DNA from: Candidatus Latescibacterota bacterium
GTDB lineage: Bacteria; Latescibacterota; UBA2968; GCA-2709665
NCBI GenBank assembly: GCA_965219995.1
Contig: CBDCOX010000002.1
Location: 640,001-704,000 of the forward strand
DNA: 64,000 nucleotides
Direction: 5' to 3'
Below the pieces are notes generated by a model. The model was not told where the DNA came from. It made no database searches and saw only the letters and a list, made by a program, of their open reading frames with translations. The position numbers were made by a program, and so were the translations under genes. This document shows, in pieces, positions 56,737 through 64,000 of the stretch (the stretch's first letter is position 1; each line of letters opens with the position of its first letter).

Positions 56737-59700
56737 AGCTGATCGAGTTTTCCACCCGTCGCCGGGTTACCGTAACGATGTTTGTCGTCGCGGCCGTAAT
56801 TTTCGGCCTGGTGGCGTTTCGCCGGCTTGCGATCAATCTGCTTCCTGATATTACGTATCCCACGCTGACGGTCCGGACCGATTACGAAGGCACCGCGCCG
56901 GCGGAAATGGAACGCCTGGTGACGGAACCCGTAGAGGGTGCCGTAGGTGTGGTAACGAACGTCGTACGGGTGGGTTCAACGTCGCGCCCTGGCGTGTCCG
57001 AAGTGGTGGTGGAGTTCTCCTGGGGTACGGACATGGACTTCGCATCGCTGGACATCCGGGAAAAGCTGGACCGGTTGCAGCTTCCGCAGGGGGCGGAAAA
57101 ACCGGTCCTGCTGCGTTTCGACCCGTCGCTGGATCCGATTATGCGGATCGGGCTCTACGGACCGGAGAGTCTGGTCGCCCTTCGTCTGTTGGCCGAGGAA
57201 CATATCAAGCTGGATCTGGAAAGCCTCGAGGGCGTTGCCGCCGCCCGCGTGAACGGGGGCCTGGAAGAGGAGATACACATCGAGCTGGATGAACCCAGGC
57301 TGGCCTCTCTGCGCATCCCGGTACAACAGGTCGTCGCGCGCCTGGGACAGGAGAACGTGAATCTCACCGGCGGGCAGCTCAAGGACGGGGAAGCGGAGTA
57401 CGTGGTGCGCACGGTCAACGAATTTCGCTCGGTCGAGGAGATCCGGGACATCGTCGTGGGCGAACGGCAGGCCGCCGCCATCACCCTCTCAGACGTGGGC
57501 CGCGTATTCAGGGGACACAAGGAACGCAAGGTGATCAACCGGATGAACGGGCGCGAGAGCGTGGAGTTGGCCGTCTACAAGGAAGGCGACGCCAATACCG
57601 TGACCGTCGCCGGCCGGGTGACCGAGGCGTTGGCACGCTTTCGGGAAGAAACCGGCGCGTTGCCTTCCGGCGCGCGAATCGAGGTCGTTTTCAGCCAGGC
57701 CACGTTTATCAGGGCGTCTGTCGCGGAGGTGCTCAACACGGCAATTATGGGTGGCATCCTGGCAGTGGTGGTGTTGTACCTGTTTCTGGGCAATCCCCGA
57801 AGTACTGCGATCATCAGCCTTTCCATACCGATTTCCGTCGTCTCCACCTTTTTGCTGATGTTCAGCTCGGACGTCAGCCTGAATATCATGTCCCTGGGGG
57901 GGTTGGCGCTGGGCATCGGCATGCTGGTGGACAACTCCATCGTCGTGCTGGAAAGTATCCAGCGGTACCGCGAGCAAGGTCAATCGTCGCTGGAGGCGAC
58001 GGTAAAAGGGGCGGGCGAAGTTGGGAAGGCCGTTGTGGCTTCCACCCTGACCACGATCTGTGTCTTTGTGCCCATCGTCTTTGTCGAAGGGATCGCCGGT
58101 CAGCTGTTCCGCGACCAGGCGTTAACGGTCACGTTTTCCCTGGTGGCCTCGCTGCTGGTTGCGCTCACGCTCATTCCGATGCTCGCGTCAATCGACTTCA
58201 GCCGGAGGGAAGAGGAGCCCGGCGCGGAACGTCGGCGGCTGTTTCCACGCGAAGCCATCGGTCCGGCAGTGTGGATCGGCATTGTTCTGCGCGCCTGTCG
58301 GGCGCTTGCCAGAGTGGGGATCAGGCTGCTCTATCCGGTTTTCTGGCTTTTCGAACGGATCATGGGCGGCGCCTATCGGATCTACCCCCGGGTGATCGCC
58401 TGGGCACTGAGCCATCGCGCCGCCGTACTCCTCTTCGCGCTTGCGCTGGCCGGCATGTCCGGATTGCTGGCCGGATTCCTCGGAAGCGAGTTGATTCCGG
58501 AGATGAGCCAGGGTGAATTCAGCATCACCGTGACCATGCCGGTGGGTACCCCGCTGGCGGCGACCGAACGGATGATACGCGGCATGGAACGGATCGTTCA
58601 GGCCCAGCCGGAGGTGGCCCTGGTCTACAGTACCGTTGGCCTGAGCGGGTCGTCCGACGGGTCCGCCGGAGAGGAGCGCGAGAACGTCGGCCAGATTCAT
58701 GTGGCGCTGAAAGCGGGGATCATCCGGGATCGTGAAGACGCGGTGATGGATCGATTGAGGCAGGAATTCCGGGGCATGCCCTCCGCGGATTGCAAGTTCG
58801 CCCGCCCCTCGTTCTTCACGTCCAGGACACCCGTCGAGGTTGAGATTTCCGGATACAATCTCGGTACCTTGAGGTCACTGTCCGACGAACTGGCCCGCAG
58901 AATGGAGGACGTTCCGGGGCTCGTCGACGTGAAGACAAGCGCCGAGGGAGGCAATCCGGAAGTTCAGATCCGCTTTAATCGGAAGTGGGTGGCGCAGATG
59001 GGGACAAGCATCAATGAGATCGGACGGCTTGTCAGGAACAAGATCCAGGGAGAGGTGGCGACGGAGTTTGCCCAGGGCGACAGGAAGGTGGACATTCGCG
59101 TGCGTGCGGACGAACAGCACCGGGCCACGGTGGAAGATCTCAGACGCCTCATTGTGAGTCCGGCCGGCGCGTCGGCCCCCATCCCCCTTGAGGTGGTCGC
59201 GGACCTTTCGGTTGAGATGGGGCCCGCCGAGATCCTTCGGGCGGATCAGGAGCGCGTGGCGGTCATTTCCGCAAACCTTGAAGGCCGCAGCCTGAGCGAG
59301 GCGGTGGACGACATTGAAGCCGTGATAAGGGAAATTGACTATCCCCCCGACTATCATGTCAAGGTCGGCGGGCAGAACGAAGAGCGAAAGCGGTCGTTCG
59401 AGAGTATGCGCCTGGCCATACTGCTGGCGGTATTCCTGGTTTACCTGGTGATGGCTTCCCAGTTCGAGTCGCTGATCCATCCCTTTGTGATCATGTTTTC
59501 CATTCCCTTCGGCCTGGTGGGTGTGGTCTGGCTGCTGCTGGCAACCGGCCAGACGGTGAGCGTGGTGGTTTTGATCGGACTGATTATGCTGGCGGGAATC
59601 GTCGTGAACAACGCGATTGTGCTGATTGATTATATCAACACCCTGCGGCGGGAGCAAGGCATGGGGAAGCGGGAGGCGATCGAGCGCGCGTGCCAGGTCA

Positions 59701-59999
59701 GGCTGCGCCCCATTCTGATGACGACGTCCACGACGGTGTTGGGGCTGTTGCCCATGGCCATCGGCATCTTCGACTTCAGGCCGTTTGTGGCCAACGTGGA
59801 ATCCGGCCTTGCCGACGTATTGCCGGGTGGAGCCCTGGCGCAGATCATGGGCGCCCTGAACGTCGTGTTTCCGGTGGGGCAGGGCGCGGAAATCCGCGCG
59901 CCGATGGCAATTACCGTAATCGGCGGTCTGGTGGTTTCGACACTGGTGACGCTGGTACTGATTCCCACGCTCTATTCGCTTATCGACCGGAAAGCGTAG
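56733..59999 (+). CDS. RND efflux permease (AcrB/AcrD/AcrF family)
   Basis: GMLVDNSIVVLE, GIVVNNAIVL, RLRPILMT; ATGA overlap with the adaptor gene. Confidence 0.93.
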   Translation: MKLIEFSTRRRVTVTMFVVAAVIFGLVAFRRLAINLLPDITYPTLTVRTDYEGTAPAEMERLVTEPVEGAVGVVTNVVRVGSTSRPGVSEVVVEFSWGTDMDFASLDIREKLDRLQLPQGAEKPVLLRFDPSLDPIMRIGLYGPESLVALRLLAEEHIKLDLESLEGVAAARVNGGLEEEIHIELDEPRLASLRIPVQQVVARLGQENVNLTGGQLKDGEAEYVVRTVNEFRSVEEIRDIVVGERQAAAITLSDVGRVFRGHKERKVINRMNGRESVELAVYKEGDANTVTVAGRVTEALARFREETGALPSGARIEVVFSQATFIRASVAEVLNTAIMGGILAVVVLYLFLGNPRSTAIISLSIPISVVSTFLLMFSSDVSLNIMSLGGLALGIGMLVDNSIVVLESIQRYREQGQSSLEATVKGAGEVGKAVVASTLTTICVFVPIVFVEGIAGQLFRDQALTVTFSLVASLLVALTLIPMLASIDFSRREEEPGAERRRLFPREAIGPAVWIGIVLRACRALARVGIRLLYPVFWLFERIMGGAYRIYPRVIAWALSHRAAVLLFALALAGMSGLLAGFLGSELIPEMSQGEFSITVTMPVGTPLAATERMIRGMERIVQAQPEVALVYSTVGLSGSSDGSAGEERENVGQIHVALKAGIIRDREDAVMDRLRQEFRGMPSADCKFARPSFFTSRTPVEVEISGYNLGTLRSLSDELARRMEDVPGLVDVKTSAEGGNPEVQIRFNRKWVAQMGTSINEIGRLVRNKIQGEVATEFAQGDRKVDIRVRADEQHRATVEDLRRLIVSPAGASAPIPLEVVADLSVEMGPAEILRADQERVAVISANLEGRSLSEAVDDIEAVIREIDYPPDYHVKVGGQNEERKRSFESMRLAILLAVFLVYLVMASQFESLIHPFVIMFSIPFGLVGVVWLLLATGQTVSVVVLIGLIMLAGIVVNNAIVLIDYINTLRREQGMGKREAIERACQVRLRPILMTTSTTVLGLLPMAIGIFDFRPFVANVESGLADVLPGGALAQIMGALNVVFPVGQGAEIRAPMAITVIGGLVVSTLVTLVLIPTLYSLIDRKA

Positions 60000-60088
60000 G
60001 TTCCGGATGTCGTGTTCCGTCCCGGTAACAGGTGATCGCCGGATGAGGTTTCTCAGGGGCGGGACGTTGTCGGCAGGTGGGAGAGGAA

Positions 60089-60859
60089 ATGGCGCCTCGT
60101 GCGGAAAGGGATTCGGAGGATGATGCCTACCGGGAGCGTGTACGGTCCAGTTCGCTGTCGGAGCTGGAGGACATGTACACGCACGTGGACAAGGGTGAAT
60201 ATCCGGATCGGGCGCGGAAACTTCGTGAGGAGATCGACAAACGACTGACGGTCCTGGAAGGCCGACCCGAACGGCCGACCCCGCACAGCCCGGTCCCGGC
60301 GGGCGTGATCCGGCGTCTCTGGGCGAGCCTGATCGATCTCTTCATTCATCTCCTGATACTGGGCGCATTGTTCCTCACAGGCTGGTCAGCGTCTCTGCTC
60401 GTGTCGGGACCGGGAACGGACGGGCAGTCGCCTGCCGCTGTCTCCGCGCGCCGCGGACCGACGCCGCTGCAAGGGTTCGTCTCCGGTCTGCTGGCTGGCG
60501 ACGCGGCGGCCTGGAAGAACGGCGAACAGTGGTCCCGTGTGGGTCTGGTTGCACTTCTTTTTTTCTTTCTCAAGGCGATGATGGTCGTCCCGGCGTGGGG
60601 GCGTTCCGGTGATACGCCCGGAATGAGAGAGGCGGGCATCCGAATCGTCCGCCGGACAGGCGAACCCGTGGGTGTGAAGCGGGCGCTGGCGCGATTCTTT
60701 GTACAGTACCCGCTGTTCTGGCTGACGCTGGGAATCAGCAGCCTTTGGATGATCCGGGACAGGAGGAAGCAGGCGCTTCACGACAAGCTGACGGACACGT
60801 GTGTGGTTCGGGAATACCGCACCTGGGAGAAGCGCAACGAAGACCGGGTCTACGATTAG
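60089..60859 (+). CDS. RDD family membrane protein
   Basis: RRLWASLID, G.TPGM...GIRIV, ALAR, QALHDKLTDT.VV. Confidence 0.85.
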   Translation: MAPRAERDSEDDAYRERVRSSSLSELEDMYTHVDKGEYPDRARKLREEIDKRLTVLEGRPERPTPHSPVPAGVIRRLWASLIDLFIHLLILGALFLTGWSASLLVSGPGTDGQSPAAVSARRGPTPLQGFVSGLLAGDAAAWKNGEQWSRVGLVALLFFFLKAMMVVPAWGRSGDTPGMREAGIRIVRRTGEPVGVKRALARFFVQYPLFWLTLGISSLWMIRDRRKQALHDKLTDTCVVREYRTWEKRNEDRVYD

Positions 60860-61316
60860 CCGAATACGGTCCCACGAATTCGGGTTGCCTTTCATCACCC
60901 GTTTTGTTATACTGTGCCAGTGTTCTGTCCCGGAAATAAGTTGCCTGAATTCGGCCGTCGAGTCGCCCGGCTCGCAAGGCGCCAGAGCGCAGGCGACCTG
61001 GCCTGGTCGGCGAGCGAAGGCAACGCCGCGAGACGGGATGAATCGGCGGAAGAATGGTGAGGTATTTTTGGGACAGGACACTAACTCTTCCGCCGGACCA
61101 GCGCCCTGCTGCCGCACGCACCTCCCACCATGGCGTCATTTCCCGGTTCTTTCAAATCTCAGGCATTCATCCGACGGCCCAGGGTTGCGTCCCCACTCCG
61201 GGCAGGCGCCCGGTGTCTGAGGAGAATCCGCGAAACTTTTGCGTGATTCATGCTGTCTAATCGTACTGGCGGGCTAAAAGACGGGAGAATAGTCTTCAGT
61301 TAGCAGGAGTCTGGTT

Positions 61317-61754
61317 ATGCGTAAGCGGGTCCCGCAGGCGATTTGCTGCCTGCTTGCACTTGCCGTTGGAGTCACGGCCGAACCGGTTCAGGCGAAATCG
61401 TTCTTTACGTCGCGCCGGACATTCGGCGTTCTGTTTCTGGGCGGGAGCGCGGTCATGGCCAAGAAGGCCGTTGATTTCCGCCGGGACGCCGACAGGACGT
61501 ACGATGCCTATAAACTGGCCCCGACATCGGAAGAGGCGGAACGCCTGTACGACCAGACGGGCGATTACGATACCAAGAGCAAGATGAGCGTCGGACTCTC
61601 TGTCGTTCTCTTGGCCAGTGGGTTGCGACTGATACTCTCAAGCGGTGTCGACGAGGACCCCGCGAAGATCCGTCGGAAGAGGAAGTTCAACGTGGACATG
61701 ACGAGCGACGTCAACAAGCGAATGGTCAGGGTCGCCGTCCAAAGGCGTTTTTAG
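61317..61754 (+). CDS. Secreted/membrane hypothetical protein
   Basis: AGGAG RBS; signal peptide ending VQA; two hydrophobic segments. Confidence 0.7.
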   Translation: MRKRVPQAICCLLALAVGVTAEPVQAKSFFTSRRTFGVLFLGGSAVMAKKAVDFRRDADRTYDAYKLAPTSEEAERLYDQTGDYDTKSKMSVGLSVVLLASGLRLILSSGVDEDPAKIRRKRKFNVDMTSDVNKRMVRVAVQRRF

Positions 61755-61825
61755 TGGTGGAGACCGGGTCCGTCCACCGGCGGCCCGCAACACTCCGGAA
61801 TTCTCGTGCAATTAAGGAGAGGATT

Positions 61826-64000
61826 ATGGCGCGTTGGAAATTCAGCCCGCAGCGAGTGGCGGTGTGGGGCATGCTGGCCATTGTGCTGCTGGGAACCGGT
61901 CGTTGCGGCAGGGAGCGGGAGAATCCGGTCGATCCGAACTTCCCGGGCGGCGGTGCGCTGCAGCCGCCTGGAAACATCCGGGCACAGGGAGACATCGGTC
62001 GCATTCTGTTAACCTGGGACGCCGTGAGAGTCGACGATCTGGCGGGGTACGGTGTCTGGCGCGCCACGTCCGCCACGGGCGACTATACCCGTTTGTCCGG
62101 CGAGTCGAACGATGCGAATGTAACCACCGGTCGTACGGTCTTTGTCGACTCCACGATGGACGTTTCGGCTTCGAAGGTATATTTCTACAGGATCACGACG
62201 GTGGATGCCAATGGACAATCCAGCGAGCGGTCCGCCTACGTCAGTGCCGAAGTGCGCGAAGACAAGAGGGCGCCGGGTGCTCCGGCGAATCTCTCTGCCG
62301 TGCAAAACGAAGACACCGGCCACGTGGTTCTGTCCTGGGATGCGCCCAGAGCGGACGAGGGTAATGAGGAACTGACGGGTCTGGACGGATATCGGGTTTT
62401 CAGGGCGAAGGAAACCGAAGACGCATTTGTTTTCATTGCTACGGTTTCGGCCGCACAGACCACATTTACGGACACAACGCGTCTTGAATCCGAAGTTCGG
62501 TATTTCTATCAGATTTCCGCCATCGACAGGTTCCGGAACGAGAGCGCGCGTTCCCGCTCGGCGTCGGTCAACACGCCGGAAACCGCGGTCGCCGCGCCGG
62601 CGGGCCTGCGCACAGTCAGCAAGGTCGGCAAGATCGAGTTGCATTGGAATCCTTCGGAGGAAGAAGATCTCCTGGGCTATCTGGTGCTGCGGTCAACGTC
62701 CACCCAGGCGCCATTCAGGCCCGTATCGTCAGGTTCTCCCTTTACCACTGCCCAGACCGTGTATTCGGATTCGGACGTGCAGGTCGATGTGGTTTACTTC
62801 TACCGCGTCCAGGCAGTCGTAAGGGATCCCGCAGGCGGCGTTGTCGTCGGCGAAGCGTCGCCCTTTGTCGACGGGCAGGCCGAGGCGGATGAATCGCCGC
62901 CGGCCGCGCCGTCGGACTTGAGCGTCAGCGTGGATGACGACGATGCCGGCGCTGTTCTGCTGAATTGGGCGGCCCCGACGAGGGATGACGGCGGTGAAGA
63001 ATTGACCGGGCTCTCCCACTACCGGGTCTTCCGATCTAAAGAGACGGCCAATTCATTTGTGGAATTGGCGCAGGTTGGAGGATCCCGGACTGCGTACCGC
63101 GATACTTCCGTGGAGCCCCTGACGCTGTATTATTACACCGTAGCCGCGGTTGACTCTGCGAAGAACAGCGGGCCGAGGTCCGCGCCGTTGTCCGTCAGTA
63201 CATCGGGTCTCGAGACCCCTGCCGGGGTTACGGCAATTGCCGGCAAGGCCAAGATTACACTGACCTGGAGGCCGAATTCGGAGTCGCAGCTGAGCGGCTA
63301 TGAAGTGTTGCGCTACAGCGACCCGCTGCAGCCTGGAGTTTACTCCAGATTCAACACGCCGTGGCCGGCCTACGTGGACACGCCCCTGGTCGGCGGCAAG
63401 ACCTATGCGTATCGCGTGCGCGCGCTGGGATCGGGCGGGCTCGAGAGCAGACTGTCGGATTTCGTGCTGGCGACCGTGTTGGCAGACGACCTGGCGCCCG
63501 CTCCGCCTGAATTCCTGTTTGCAAAGTTGTCCGGCAATACGGACATCGAGCTTAGTTGGCGTGCTTCCACAACCGACGAGGACGGGTCGGAACAGACCGG
63601 CCTGCATCAGTACAGGATTTACAGGTCGGAAGGAACGGGATCGGCCGGATTCGGGTGGCTGGCGACCGTCGACTCCACGACGCTGAGCTACGTGGACGAA
63701 GACCTGGAGACATCCACGACGTACAGCTACCAGGTACGTGCGATCGACGCCAATGGGAACGAGAGTGAACCTTCCGGGACGGTGTCGTTGCAGACCGGAC
63801 CTGAAAGCCGAATTGGCAGACCGACCAACGTCGCCGCGGTCGTGCGCAATCTTCCCGAGGAAGGAACCGTCGTGATTGTCACCTGGAGGGCGCCACCGGG
63901 CATCACGCACTTCCGGGTGAATCGCCAGCGAGTGGGTTCGCGTTCGAACAGCAGGTTCGAAACCGTGTCATACCAGTTGCGAGACACCAAGTATATCGAC
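61826..64000 (+). CDS. Multi-fibronectin-type-III putative lipoprotein, 3' partial (absent from ORF track)
   Basis: AAGGAGAGG RBS; MARWKFSPQRVAVWGMLAIVLLGTGRC-GRERENPVDP; at least 7 FN3 units (L.W...GY.V.R...Y.Y.V.A.D); appears open to the window end. Confidence 0.85.
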   Translation, partial: MARWKFSPQRVAVWGMLAIVLLGTGRCGRERENPVDPNFPGGGALQPPGNIRAQGDIGRILLTWDAVRVDDLAGYGVWRATSATGDYTRLSGESNDANVTTGRTVFVDSTMDVSASKVYFYRITTVDANGQSSERSAYVSAEVREDKRAPGAPANLSAVQNEDTGHVVLSWDAPRADEGNEELTGLDGYRVFRAKETEDAFVFIATVSAAQTTFTDTTRLESEVRYFYQISAIDRFRNESARSRSASVNTPETAVAAPAGLRTVSKVGKIELHWNPSEEEDLLGYLVLRSTSTQAPFRPVSSGSPFTTAQTVYSDSDVQVDVVYFYRVQAVVRDPAGGVVVGEASPFVDGQAEADESPPAAPSDLSVSVDDDDAGAVLLNWAAPTRDDGGEELTGLSHYRVFRSKETANSFVELAQVGGSRTAYRDTSVEPLTLYYYTVAAVDSAKNSGPRSAPLSVSTSGLETPAGVTAIAGKAKITLTWRPNSESQLSGYEVLRYSDPLQPGVYSRFNTPWPAYVDTPLVGGKTYAYRVRALGSGGLESRLSDFVLATVLADDLAPAPPEFLFAKLSGNTDIELSWRASTTDEDGSEQTGLHQYRIYRSEGTGSAGFGWLATVDSTTLSYVDEDLETSTTYSYQVRAIDANGNESEPSGTVSLQTGPESRIGRPTNVAAVVRNLPEEGTVVIVTWRAPPGITHFRVNRQRVGSRSNSRFETVSYQLRDTKYID

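Overview
GC-rich bacterial window. The many secreted proteins carrying paired EF-hand/dockerin-like tags (DF[DN]GDGxVxFxDF), plus WD40/LRR/FN3 repeats, TonB-ExbBD and a catabolic gene run, suggest a diderm FCB-group organism such as Latescibacterota or Gemmatimonadota, possibly host-associated; this is inference only. Left accessory block (1-22.2 kb): an Ig-repeat/dockerin protein, a Zn-metallopeptidase-WD40-Ig-dockerin protein flanked by identical composite palindromic repeats, two cytoplasmic all-in-one kinase-receiver-OmpR-wHTH fusion genes (the second cleanly split by an IS1380-family element with a TTAA duplication), and a ~3,530-aa repeat adhesin/autotransporter. Between the kinases and the adhesin is a diverged tandem duplication of a divergent kinase<-promoter->adhesin cassette, with conserved 11-bp-phased boxes. 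Then: tRNA-Glu, cupin, a GH5 with an inserted dockerin, a small toxin/antitoxin-like gene pair, and a Dpp/Opp-family ABC operon. A second block (33-40.4 kb) holds intact and decayed dockerin-tagged proteins, including metallopeptidase-LRR and metallopeptidase-WD40. After tRNA-Arg come a signal-peptide-less catabolic cluster, GT2, TonB-ExbBD, an RND pair, RDD and a partial multi-FN3 lipoprotein missing from the ORF track. Best candidates for an undescribed system: (i) the one-polypeptide two-component regulators coupled to a giant adhesin; (ii) the modular peptidase / swappable repeat / Ig / dockerin family.
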